Below, one piece after another: positions 22,438-31,285 of a stretch of 64,000 nucleotides of DNA. The DNA comes from an uncultured Candidatus Rokubacteria bacterium. GTDB lineage: Bacteria; Methylomirabilota; Methylomirabilia; Rokubacteriales; CSP1-6. Numbering within the stretch: position 1 is the stretch's first letter; the number at the start of each line of letters is the position of its first letter. The position numbers and the translations under genes are program-made. Location of the stretch: positions 2,080,001 through 2,144,000 of the forward strand of contig CAVYTA010000006.1 of assembly GCA_963771355.1 (NCBI GenBank), read 5' to 3'. The notes beneath the pieces were generated by a model that saw nothing but the letters and a program-made list of their open reading frames with translations, was not told the DNA's origin and ran no database searches.

Positions 22438-23637
22438 ATGCCGACGTTCGCATACACGGGACGGGGAGCCCGGGGTGTCATAAACGGGGAAATCGACGCC
22501 CCCGATCGCACCACCGCGGTGGGCGAGCTGCGCAGTCGCGCCATCCTGGTCAGCAAGATCGCCGAGAAGGCGGGCGGCAAGACCCCGGTCAAGATCGGCG
22601 GCAAGGTGAGCGACAAGGAGATGGCCATCTTCACCCGCCAGTTCTCCACCATGGTCGACGCCGGCCTTCCGCTGGTCCAGTGCCTGAACATTCTCGCCGA
22701 GCAGAGCGAGTCCAAGACCCTGCGCGGAGTCACCGCGAGCGTGGCCCGTCAGGTCGAGGCCGGCTCCACCCTCGCCGACGCGCTGCGCCGTCACCCGCGC
22801 ACCTTCGACGACCTCTTCACCAACCTCGTCCAGGTCGGCGAGACCGGCGGTATTCTCGACGTCGTCTTGCAGCGCCTCTCCCAGTACATCGAGAAGGCCG
22901 CTGCGCTGAAACGCAAGGTCAAGGCCGCCATGATCTATCCCGCCACTATCATCGGGGTGGCGTTCCTGGTCGTCATCTTCATGCTGACATTCGTCATCCC
23001 GACTTTCGCCTCGATGTTCAAGGGACTGGGCGCGGAGCTCCCGCTACCCACCCAGATCGTCCTCTGGTTGTCCGACTTCGTCCGCGGCTACATTCTCCTG
23101 ATCATTGCCGCGATCGCGGGGGCGGTCTACGCGCTGCGCCGCTACTACAAGACCGAGAATGGCCGCGGCACCATCGACGCGCTGGCCCTCAAGGTCCCGG
23201 TGTTCGGCACCTTGATCCGGAAGGTGTCGGTGGCGCGTTTCACGCGGACCTTCGGTACCCTCGTGTCCTCGGGCGTGCCCATCCTGGAAGGCCTGCGCAT
23301 CACCGCGCGTACCGCCGGCAACCGGGTGGTGGAGAAGGCGGTCATGCAGTGCCGGGCCGCGGTCACCGCGGGTAAGACGCTGGCGGAGCCGCTCAAGGCC
23401 TCCGGCGTGTTCCCGCCCATGGTCACCCAGATGATCTCGGTCGGCGAGCAAACGGGTGCCCTGGACGCGATGCTGTCGAAGATCGCCGATTTCTACGATG
23501 ACGAGGTGGACACCGCGGTGGGGGCGCTCACCGCGCTCCTGGAGCCCCTCATGATCGTCTTCCTGGGCATAGTGATCGGCGGCCTCGTGGTGGCCATGTA
23601 CCTGCCGATCTTCCGACTGGTCACGTTGATCAAGTAG
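22438..23637 (+). CDS. pilC: Type IV pilus platform protein
   Basis: FTRQFSTMVDAGLP, GETGG, GEQTGALD and LEPLMIV..MYLPIF. Confidence 0.95.
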   Translation: MPTFAYTGRGARGVINGEIDAPDRTTAVGELRSRAILVSKIAEKAGGKTPVKIGGKVSDKEMAIFTRQFSTMVDAGLPLVQCLNILAEQSESKTLRGVTASVARQVEAGSTLADALRRHPRTFDDLFTNLVQVGETGGILDVVLQRLSQYIEKAAALKRKVKAAMIYPATIIGVAFLVVIFMLTFVIPTFASMFKGLGAELPLPTQIVLWLSDFVRGYILLIIAAIAGAVYALRRYYKTENGRGTIDALALKVPVFGTLIRKVSVARFTRTFGTLVSSGVPILEGLRITARTAGNRVVEKAVMQCRAAVTAGKTLAEPLKASGVFPPMVTQMISVGEQTGALDAMLSKIADFYDDEVDTAVGALTALLEPLMIVFLGIVIGGLVVAMYLPIFRLVTLIK

Positions 23638-23646
23638 CCGCAGATC

Positions 23647-25287
23647 GTGCGTCCGCTATCAGGGCCGAGAACAGGCCTTCGCGGGCTGGGCTGGGCTCGG
23701 CTCCTGATGGCGGCGCTCGTATTCGCCGTCGGTGTGTGGCTGCACGCCACCGGCACCTTCCCCTTCCAGTTTCCCCTCTTCGTCCTCGCCATTTGCGGTA
23801 CCGGGCTCACCTCGCTTCCGCTCATGGCGGGATGGCCCGCGGCGCAGAGCGAGCGGCGCTTCGCCTGGCTCCTCCTCGGTCTCGATGTCGTCCTCGTCAC
23901 CGCCATCGTGACCACCAGCGGCGGCCCACGCTCGCTCTTCACCTTCCTCTACGTCCTCACGGTGATGGAGGGCTGTTTCCTGCTCTCGCGGTTAGGCGGG
24001 CTGGTGGTGGCGGGGCTGGCCAGCCTGCTCTACGTGGGCCTGGTGCTCGGGCGCACCATTCTCCCGCTGGCCAACCTGCTCGAGCCCGGGGAGACCACCG
24101 CCCTCGAGGTGCTGTCGGTGTTCCTCAACGCCGGCGTACTCCTGGTGAGCGCCATCGTGGCGGGCTCGATGGCCGAGCGTTATCAGCTCGCCCAGGCGAG
24201 CCTGGAGGCGCAGCAGCGGCACCTCTCCGACGTGCAGGCCTTCCGCGACCTCATCTTCCAGTCCGTCGGTACTGGGCTCATCGCGGTGGGACCCGACGGC
24301 CGCATCACCGCCTTCAACCGCGCCGCGGAGGCCATCGCCGGGCTCCCCGCCGACGGGGCCCTCGGCGAGCGGTTCAACGAGATCTTCGGGACCGATGTGG
24401 ATCTGGAACGGGTGCACACGGCGGTGGGGCGGGGCGACGGGCAGTCGCAGCGCTACGAGATCCAGATCCGGCGGCGGGACGGGCGTTCGGTGCCGGTCGG
24501 CATCTCGTTCTGGCTCCTGCGATCCGGCGAGGGCGAAGCCATCGGCCTCATTGGAGTCTGCCAGGACCTCTCATCGATCAAGCAGATGGAGGAACGGATG
24601 CGCCAGGCGGACCGGCTCGCCGCCATCGGCCGCCTCTCCGCGAACATCGCGCACGAGATCCGGAATCCACTCGCCTCCGTGTCGGGCGCCATCGAGGTGC
24701 TCGTCCGCGAGCTTCCGCCCGACGCCACCCGCGGCCGCCTGGTGGAAATCGTGCTGAGCGAGTCGGCCCGCCTCAACCAGCTCATCTCCGACTTCCTCGA
24801 GTACGCGCGGCCCGCTCCGCTGGCGCCGATGGAGGTGAACGCGGCCAAGGTCCTCGACGAGGTGCTGGTCCTGCTCGAGCACCGGCAGCTGCCGGACAAC
24901 CTGAAGGTCCTTCGCGAGTACGGGGATGCGCTGGTGGTCCGGGCCGATCCCCAGCAGTTGCGCCAGGCGATCTGGAACCTCGGCCTCAATGCGGTGCAGT
25001 CCATGCCTTCGGGGGGCGAGCTGCGGGTGGGGGCCCGCCGGCTCGACGTGCCCGGGCGCCCCGACCGGGTACAGATCTGGATCGGCGACACCGGCACCGG
25101 CATCGCCGAGACCGACCTGCCGCACATTTTCGAGCCCTTCTACTCCACCAAGCCGGAGGGGAGCGGACTCGGCCTGGCCATGGTGTACCGAGTCGTCCAG
25201 GAACACGGAGGCGAGATCGACGTGCGCAGCACGCTGGGGTCGGGGACGCTCTTCACGTTCACCCTCCCGGGCGCCCCGGGCGCGTAG
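23647..25287 (+). CDS. pilS: Membrane sensor histidine kinase (PAS-HisKA-HATPase)
   Basis: About six TM helices, AHEIRNPL, DTGTGI and GSGLGL; sits upstream of pilR/pilA. Confidence 0.85.
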   Translation: MRPLSGPRTGLRGLGWARLLMAALVFAVGVWLHATGTFPFQFPLFVLAICGTGLTSLPLMAGWPAAQSERRFAWLLLGLDVVLVTAIVTTSGGPRSLFTFLYVLTVMEGCFLLSRLGGLVVAGLASLLYVGLVLGRTILPLANLLEPGETTALEVLSVFLNAGVLLVSAIVAGSMAERYQLAQASLEAQQRHLSDVQAFRDLIFQSVGTGLIAVGPDGRITAFNRAAEAIAGLPADGALGERFNEIFGTDVDLERVHTAVGRGDGQSQRYEIQIRRRDGRSVPVGISFWLLRSGEGEAIGLIGVCQDLSSIKQMEERMRQADRLAAIGRLSANIAHEIRNPLASVSGAIEVLVRELPPDATRGRLVEIVLSESARLNQLISDFLEYARPAPLAPMEVNAAKVLDEVLVLLEHRQLPDNLKVLREYGDALVVRADPQQLRQAIWNLGLNAVQSMPSGGELRVGARRLDVPGRPDRVQIWIGDTGTGIAETDLPHIFEPFYSTKPEGSGLGLAMVYRVVQEHGGEIDVRSTLGSGTLFTFTLPGAPGA

Positions 25288-25341
25288 CGGAAGCGCCGGG
25301 CACGGGCGACTGCATGCTAGTCTAGGGGCGGCGAAACTCCC

Positions 25342-26736
25342 ATGGCTGACGCACGCGTATTGGTGGTGGACGACGAGAAGAGCATGCGGGACCTCCTCGC
25401 CATTACCCTCGAGAAGCAGCACTTCGAAGTTACCGTTGCCGACGGGGGCCAGGCCGCCATCGCCACCCTCCGGCGCGAGCCCTTCGACGTGGTCATCACC
25501 GATCTCCGCATGCCCACCGCCGATGGCCTGCAGGTGCTTCGCGCCGCCAAGGAAACCTCCCCGGAGTCGGTGGTGATCGTCATCACCGCGGTCGGCTCCA
25601 CCGAGACCGCGGTGGAGGCCATGAAGCTCGGCGCCTATGACTACATCACGAAGCCGTTCAAGCTGGACGAGATCAACCACATCATCCGGCGCGCGCTGGA
25701 GCGCAAGCGCCTCCGCGACGAGAACTTCTACCTCCGGAAACAGCTCGAGACTCAGCATCGCTTCGACAACATCGTGGGCAAGAGCGCGCGGATGGGAGAG
25801 GTCTTCGACACCATTCGCAAGATCGCCGACAGCCCGTCCACCGCCATGGTGAGCGGCGAGAGCGGCACCGGCAAAGAGCTGGTGGCGCGGGCCATCCACT
25901 TCAATGGCGGCCGCGCGGGCAAGCCCTTCATCTCGGTGAACTGCGGAGCCATTCCCGAGGCCCTGATGGAGTCCGAGCTGTTCGGTCACGTGAAGGGCGC
26001 CTTTACCGGGGCGATCTCCAACAAGATCGGGCTCTTCTCCGCCGCCGACGGCGGAACGCTTTTCCTCGACGAGATCACCGAGATTCCCTCGCTCCTCCAG
26101 GTGAAGCTGCTGCGGGCCATCCAGGAGCGCGAGATCCGTCGGGTGGGCGACACACGCGACCTCAAGGTGGACGTGCGGCTGATCGCCGCCTCCAACCGCG
26201 ACCTGGAACAGGCGGTCGCCGAGGGAACGCTGCGCGAAGATCTCTTCTACCGGCTCAACGTCATTCCCATTCAGCTCCCCCCTCTGCGCGAGCGTCGCGA
26301 GGATATCCCGTTCCTGGTGGACCATTTCCTCCAGAAGTTCGGCAAGCAGCTGGGGAAGGAGGTCCGCGGAATCACGCCGGAGGGCCTGGCCGTGCTCGAG
26401 CGCCATCACTGGCCGGGCAATATCCGCGAGCTGGAGAACGTGCTCGAGCGCGCGATCGTGCTCGGCGCGGGCGAGAGCATCGGCGTCGAAGCGCTTCCGG
26501 AGTCGGTGCGCCGCGAGCGCCCCGTGAAGGGCATCGATGTGGACCTGCCCGAGGAAGGTATGGATCTCGAGGCGGCCCTCGACGCTCTGGAGCGCCGGTA
26601 TCTCCAGCGGGCGCTGGAGCGTAGCCGCGGCGTCCAGACCAAGGCGGCCGAGCTCCTCCGGATGACCTTCCGTCAGTTCCGATACAAGCTCCAGAAGCAC
26701 AACATGGCCCGCCGCGGTCCGCAGGCCGAGGACTGA
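25342..26736 (+). CDS. pilR: Sigma54-dependent response regulator
   Basis: REC domain, GESGTGKE, GAFTGA, WPGNIREL and C-terminal HTH (FRQFRYKL). Confidence 0.9.
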   Translation: MADARVLVVDDEKSMRDLLAITLEKQHFEVTVADGGQAAIATLRREPFDVVITDLRMPTADGLQVLRAAKETSPESVVIVITAVGSTETAVEAMKLGAYDYITKPFKLDEINHIIRRALERKRLRDENFYLRKQLETQHRFDNIVGKSARMGEVFDTIRKIADSPSTAMVSGESGTGKELVARAIHFNGGRAGKPFISVNCGAIPEALMESELFGHVKGAFTGAISNKIGLFSAADGGTLFLDEITEIPSLLQVKLLRAIQEREIRRVGDTRDLKVDVRLIAASNRDLEQAVAEGTLREDLFYRLNVIPIQLPPLRERREDIPFLVDHFLQKFGKQLGKEVRGITPEGLAVLERHHWPGNIRELENVLERAIVLGAGESIGVEALPESVRRERPVKGIDVDLPEEGMDLEAALDALERRYLQRALERSRGVQTKAAELLRMTFRQFRYKLQKHNMARRGPQAED

Positions 26737-26769
26737 CAATCCTGGGCGCGCTCCTGACAGGTTTCGTCA
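26734..26769 (+). promoter_or_regulatory. Probable PilR upstream activator sites
   Basis: TGAC-N7-GTCA palindrome at 26755-26769, with a second TGACA half-site 21 bp upstream; about 70-100 bp before the -24 box. Confidence 0.55.
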
Positions 26770-26836
26770 TGAAAGCGCGGCTTTCATCCCCCCTCGCAGA
26801 TCCCAAACGCACCCATTTCCGAGTACATTCCCGCCA

Positions 26837-26852
26837 TGGCATCGACCGTGCA
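26837..26852 (+). promoter_or_regulatory. Sigma54 -24/-12 promoter of pilA
   Basis: TGGCATCGACCGTGCA fits GG-N10-GC. Confidence 0.72.
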
Positions 26853-26924
26853 TTCTCCCCGGTTGCCTGGCAATGTTGGCCAGCCACTATCAGGAATACA
26901 ACCAGACAACGGGGGAAATAAAGA

Positions 26925-27329
26925 ATGCTGAGTTTCTGGCACAAGAAGCGGAAGATGCTGGGCAACCAGCGCGGCTTCACTCTCATCGAGCTCATGATCG
27001 TGGTGGCCATCATCGGTATCCTCGCGGCCATCGCCATCCCGCTGTACGCGAACATCCAGGCTCGCGCCCGCATCGCCAAGGCGCAGGCCGACGCCCGTAC
27101 GCTCGCCTCCGCGGTGAGCATGTACTCGGCCCACATGGGCACGCTCCCGGGCGCTCTCTCCGCCCTGAACGCGGTGGCGACGAACAGCCTTGGCCAGACC
27201 GCTGGCCCGTTCATGGCCTCCACCCCCGCGGCGCCCGCTGGCTGGACGGCGTATGGGTACACCTCGGCGGCGGCCGGTACCTTCACGATCTCGGCCTCCG
27301 GCGACGCGACCACCGTCAGCCTGCCGTAG
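26925..27329 (+). CDS. pilA: Major type IVa pilin
   Basis: Basic leader, G|FTLIELMIVVAIIGILAAIAIP; 117-aa mature protein with no Cys. Confidence 0.93.
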   Translation: MLSFWHKKRKMLGNQRGFTLIELMIVVAIIGILAAIAIPLYANIQARARIAKAQADARTLASAVSMYSAHMGTLPGALSALNAVATNSLGQTAGPFMASTPAAPAGWTAYGYTSAAAGTFTISASGDATTVSLP

Positions 27330-27355
27330 GGAACTTCCTACACTCACTCATAGCG

Positions 27356-27392
27356 CGGGGGAGGGGCTTCGGCCCCTCCCCCGTTTTTCTTT
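27356..27392 (+). terminator. Rho-independent terminator after pilA
   Basis: CGGGGGAGGGGC-TTCG-GCCCCTCCCCCG followed by TTTTTCTTT. Confidence 0.9.
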
Positions 27393-27581
27393 GCCGAGCG
27401 TCCACTCGACCTTGCATCTGGAACCGCACTTTCATGGGGACATCATGAACACCTTCGGCCACCCGGCAGTCATCCTGCTCCGGCTCGGGGGACCGGCCCG
27501 CGCCGACCACCGGGGGGCGGGCGATCGCGGACCGGTGGCGGGAGCGCCCACGGGCGCGGCACTGGCCGGCGGATCCGCGCG

Positions 27582-29453
27582 GTGAACGGGATGCGGGGCG
27601 CCGCCGTCGCCGTGCTCCTTGCCACCCTGCTGGGCTTCGCGCGGACGCTGGCCTATGACTTCGTGTGGGACGACGCCCTCCTGATACAGCGGAGCCAGCG
27701 GCTCCAGCAGTGGACCTCGCTGCCCGCCGTGCTGGGCTCGCATTTCTGGTCCGAGGTGCATGAGGGCAGCCACTACTACCGGCCCCTCGTCTCGCTGAGC
27801 TTCTTCCTCGATGTGCAGGCATGGGGTTTCAACCCCATGGGCTTTCACCTCACCAATCTGCTGGCGCATCTCGCGGCCGCGCTGGCGGTGCTCGCCTTGG
27901 CCCGCCGGCTCACCGGCAGCGTCCTCGCGTCCGCGGTCGCGGGGGTGGCGTTCGCGCTGCACCCCATCCACACGGAGTCGGTCACCTTCATCTCGGGACG
28001 CACCGATGTGCTCGCCACCCTCTTCTTCCTCCTGGCGCTGCTCGGCTATGTCCGCTGGCGCCAGCAAGGTGGTCTACTGACCTTCGCCGGCTCGCTCGTC
28101 GCCTTCTTCCTGGGGCTGGCGGCCAAGGAAGTGGCGGTGACGCTTCCCCTGGTCCTCCTCCTCTATGACCGGATGGTGGGTCCGAAGGAGCGCGGCGCCG
28201 GGGCCCTCGCCCGAGCGCTCACGCGCTACGCGGCCTACGGGGGAGTCATCGCGCTGTATTTGATGGTTCGCATGGCCTCGCTGGGGGCCTTGGTGGAATC
28301 CGAGCCGGGGACCTGGGGCACTCTCCTCACTCGCATACTCACCGCGACCAAGATCGTGGCGACCTATGCCTGGCTCACCCTGGTCCCCTTCCCGGCCAAC
28401 CCTTACTACATCATCGTGCCGGTGTTGTGGCCCCCTCCGCTCGCCTGGTGGGGGGCCACCGGTGGACTGGCTGTCTTGCTCGTCCTGACCCTCTGGGCGG
28501 CGTGGCGGAGGCCCCTGTGGGGATTCGCCGCCCTCTGGTTCTGGGTGACCCTGATCCCATCCGTGGGCGTCGACCTCCTACCGGTGCCAACGGCCATCAT
28601 GGCCGAGCGATTCCTGTACCTTCCCTCGGTGGGCTTCTGCCTGCTGCTCGCGATGGGCGTCCAGCAGCTGCTGGGCACGGGCCAGCTGCTGGGCTCCGGC
28701 CGCGCGCTGGCGGCCGACCAGGTCCGTCCCCTGCCCGCGCTGGGGCTGGCCACCCTCCTGCTCGGCTATATCCTGCTCACGCTCTGGCGGAACGAGCCCT
28801 GGAAGGACCACTACCATCTCTATTCCCACATGGTCGAGACGTCGCCCGAGTCGGACCTCCCGCACGTGAACCTCGCCCTCGTACATCTGCCCCGGGGAGA
28901 GGTGCTCGAGGCCCATGCCCATTTCATGCGGGGGGTGGAGATCGCGCCGCACAATCCCCGGGCGCTGGTGGGCCTGGGTCTGACCGAAACGATACTGGGT
29001 AATCGCGAGAGCGGCCTCGAGCATGCCCTCGAGGGGGCTCGCCAGGCACCGAAAAATCCGCATGTGCTTGCCTTTCTCGCCCAGCTCTATCTCCTTCGTG
29101 AGGAGCCCGAGCACGCCGTGACCGTGTTCGAGGAGTCCCTGCGGCTTCACCCGGACCAGGCCCATGCCACCGTCCTCTTCGCACGCGCCCTGGGCCGGGT
29201 GGGCCGCACCCAGGATGCCGAGGTCACGCTGGTGCGAGCCCACGCTCTCGTTCGGCCCGGGACCGGGGAAGCGGCCCTACTCGACCGGGTCACCGCCGAG
29301 GTGCTAGGCCCCCGCGAGCCGAGACGGGCGCGGGCGGCCTGGGAGCGCTATATCGCCCGCCTGCGCTCCACGCCCGAGCCCTCCCGCGCCGAGCAGGCCG
29401 ATCTCGTCGACGCCGAGCGCCAACTCGCCGTGCTGGCCGGGGGGATCCGGTGA
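27582..29453 (+). CDS. TMTC-like (DUF1736) GT-C membrane glycosyltransferase with C-terminal TPRs
   Basis: FVWDD, YYRPL, GFHLTNLLAH, HPIHTESV..ISGRTD, AKE, AERFLYLPS, RNEPW, then TPR-like helices. Confidence 0.8.
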   Translation: MNGMRGAAVAVLLATLLGFARTLAYDFVWDDALLIQRSQRLQQWTSLPAVLGSHFWSEVHEGSHYYRPLVSLSFFLDVQAWGFNPMGFHLTNLLAHLAAALAVLALARRLTGSVLASAVAGVAFALHPIHTESVTFISGRTDVLATLFFLLALLGYVRWRQQGGLLTFAGSLVAFFLGLAAKEVAVTLPLVLLLYDRMVGPKERGAGALARALTRYAAYGGVIALYLMVRMASLGALVESEPGTWGTLLTRILTATKIVATYAWLTLVPFPANPYYIIVPVLWPPPLAWWGATGGLAVLLVLTLWAAWRRPLWGFAALWFWVTLIPSVGVDLLPVPTAIMAERFLYLPSVGFCLLLAMGVQQLLGTGQLLGSGRALAADQVRPLPALGLATLLLGYILLTLWRNEPWKDHYHLYSHMVETSPESDLPHVNLALVHLPRGEVLEAHAHFMRGVEIAPHNPRALVGLGLTETILGNRESGLEHALEGARQAPKNPHVLAFLAQLYLLREEPEHAVTVFEESLRLHPDQAHATVLFARALGRVGRTQDAEVTLVRAHALVRPGTGEAALLDRVTAEVLGPREPRRARAAWERYIARLRSTPEPSRAEQADLVDAERQLAVLAGGIR

Positions 29454-30214
29454 GCCTTGAGTCGATCGCAGGACCCGTGCTCTTCCTCCTGGGACTTTGC
29501 GTGGGCAGCTTCCTCAACGTCGTCATCGCGCGAGTGCCGGAAGGACGGAGTATCGTCGGCCCGGGCTCCGCGTGCCCCCGCTGCTCTACACCCATAGCCT
29601 GGTACGACAATGTCCCGCTTCTCTCCTTCGCCCTCCTTCGCGCGCGCTGCCGAAAGTGCGGGGAGCCGATCTCCTGGCGGTACCCGGTGGTCGAGCTCGT
29701 CACCGGCCTTCTCTTCGTCTTGGCCCTGGCCGAGCGCGGCCTCACGATCGATCTGATCCCGGCGCTCCTGCTCGTCGCCGGCCTGGTGGCGATCACCGGT
29801 ATCGACCTCGATCACCAGCTCATCCCGGACGTGATCTCGATTCCGGGCATCGTCGTGGGGCTGGCGGTGAGCACGCTGACCGGCCGGCCGGGCTGGCTCG
29901 ACTCCCTCGTCGGCGTGGTCATCGGCGGTGGGATATTCCTGCTGATCATCGTGGCGAGCCGCGGCGGTATGGGCGGTGGCGACATGAAGCTGGGGGCCAT
30001 GCTGGGCGCCTTCCTGGGCTGGAAGCTGGTTCTGGTCGCCATCCTCATCGCCATCCTCGCCGGCGGAGTGTTTGCGATCGTGGTGCTCCTGCTTCGACGC
30101 AAGGGCCGGAAGGATGCCGTCCCGTTTGGTCCGTTCCTGGCGCTGGGAGGGGTAGTGAGTCTGTTCTGGGGCGAGAGCTTGCTCGCCTGGTACCTCGGCA
30201 CGTTCTCGGGCTGA
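29450..30214 (+). CDS. pilD: Prepilin peptidase/N-methyltransferase
   Basis: GSFLNVVI, two CxxC motifs, IDLDH, GMGGGDMKL and PFGPFL. Confidence 0.95.
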   Translation: MSLESIAGPVLFLLGLCVGSFLNVVIARVPEGRSIVGPGSACPRCSTPIAWYDNVPLLSFALLRARCRKCGEPISWRYPVVELVTGLLFVLALAERGLTIDLIPALLLVAGLVAITGIDLDHQLIPDVISIPGIVVGLAVSTLTGRPGWLDSLVGVVIGGGIFLLIIVASRGGMGGGDMKLGAMLGAFLGWKLVLVAILIAILAGGVFAIVVLLLRRKGRKDAVPFGPFLALGGVVSLFWGESLLAWYLGTFSG

Positions 30215-30383
30215 ACGATGCCCTGCGGATTGGGCACTCGTGTCAGCCGGTTGACGTCATGGCTGTTGGATTTTGAGAGTGCCATATCGACGGAACCCTT
30301 GGAGAGGGCCCGCAGGCGGCTTGAAAGGAAGCGGAAAGGCCCGAGTTCAGGGCCCTCGGAGTGTTCGAAGGCCTGACATTGGC

Positions 30384-30399
30384 TGGCCCTCTTCTTGCT
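30384..30399 (+). promoter_or_regulatory. Sigma54 -24/-12 promoter of the second pilin gene
   Basis: TGGCCCTCTTCTTGCT fits GG-N10-GC with the canonical TTGC, 51 nt before the ATG at 30451. Confidence 0.65.
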
Positions 30400-30450
30400 A
30401 CGATACCGACACAAGCCGGGCAACCGGCGGAAAGGCTGGTATCTCGAGCC

Positions 30451-30912
30451 ATGGCAGTAAGGAAGTGGCGGAGAAGCGGGCAAGGTGGTTTTCAGCTCGT
30501 AGAGCTGATCATCATCGTGGCCATCATCGGTCTGCTAGTGGCCATCTCGGTTCCGTTCCTCGTGAGCTACCTGCAGGCGGCCAAGTTGAAGGGGAACGCC
30601 GAGATCGTGGCGACCTGGTTGAACCAGGGCCGACAACTGGCAATCCGGAACAATCAGAACGTCTGCGCCGATATCGATGGCGCCGGTCTGCACTATCACC
30701 TGACGAACTGCGCGGGGACGGTCTGGGTCGGGAACGGGACGAACGCGTCCGGGTATGTCCCCTTCCCGGCGGGGGTCACCATGAGCGTCACCTCCCCCGC
30801 GATCTTCAACTACCTCGGCGCCGCCTCCCCGGCGGCAACCTACACGATCACTCACGCCGGCCGCACGATCACGGTCTCCGTGGCCACGACCGGGCGGATC
30901 ACCATCCCCTAG
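30451..30912 (+). CDS. Type IV pilin-like protein (FimU/GspH-like minor or alternative pilin)
   Basis: MAVRKWRRSGQGG|FQLVELIIIVAIIGLL; two Cys; beta-rich Thr-rich C-terminus ending TGRI. Confidence 0.85.
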   Translation: MAVRKWRRSGQGGFQLVELIIIVAIIGLLVAISVPFLVSYLQAAKLKGNAEIVATWLNQGRQLAIRNNQNVCADIDGAGLHYHLTNCAGTVWVGNGTNASGYVPFPAGVTMSVTSPAIFNYLGAASPAATYTITHAGRTITVSVATTGRITIP

Positions 30913-30922
30913 ACGGCGAGTC

Positions 30923-30955
30923 CGGCGGGCCCGTCATCGGGCCCGCCGTTCCTTC
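30923..30955 (+). terminator. Probable terminator after the second pilin
   Basis: CGGCGGGCCCG-tcat-CGGGCCCGCCG followed by TTCCTTC. Confidence 0.55.
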
Positions 30956-31148
30956 GCGGTTATTGACGTGGAAAGTGTCGACCTTGGGGCTGTTCGTCCC
31001 GGGTCGGCGGCACCAGACCGCGATCCGGCGAAACCGGGAGCCGAAGCGCGTGAGGCCGAACGATAGTGGATGCGTAGTGGACACGCATTTCCACAATCTA
31101 AGGTGGCCGTGCCCGGAGGCGAGCACAAGCGGGAGAACGTAATGTTTA

Positions 31149-31178
31149 TTGACGGCTTTCGTGGGACCGACATATACA
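31149..31178 (+). promoter_or_regulatory. Possible sigma70 promoter of pilMNOPQ
   Basis: TTGACG-18-TATACA with an AT-rich upstream stretch. Confidence 0.45.
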
Positions 31179-31285
31179 TTGGGCTGACGTCTGAAGCTTT
31201 CCGCTGACCGTCACGCGTCCTCGGATAGGGTTGCCACCGCGATTTGAGCGGGGGTTTCAGACTCTACCAGGCAGGGGAGCCGACT

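Noticed and set aside
24571..26739. Long antisense or alternate-frame ORFs (also 33956-35959, 35545-37404, 42469-44670, 3575-5032)
   Set aside because: These are shadow ORFs of well-supported genes in high-GC DNA; they have no motifs and show Arg/Gly/His/Ala-biased composition.
26976..27329. Electrically conductive (e-pilin) interpretation of PilA
   Set aside because: Only 8 F/W/Y in 117 aa with long aromatic-free gaps, and it is not a truncated Geobacter-type pilin.
30415..30445. GGGCAACCGGCGGAAAGGCTGG resembling the first stem of a c-di-GMP-I riboswitch
   Set aside because: The following GACGCAAAGC junction and second stem are absent, and the ATG follows within a few bases.
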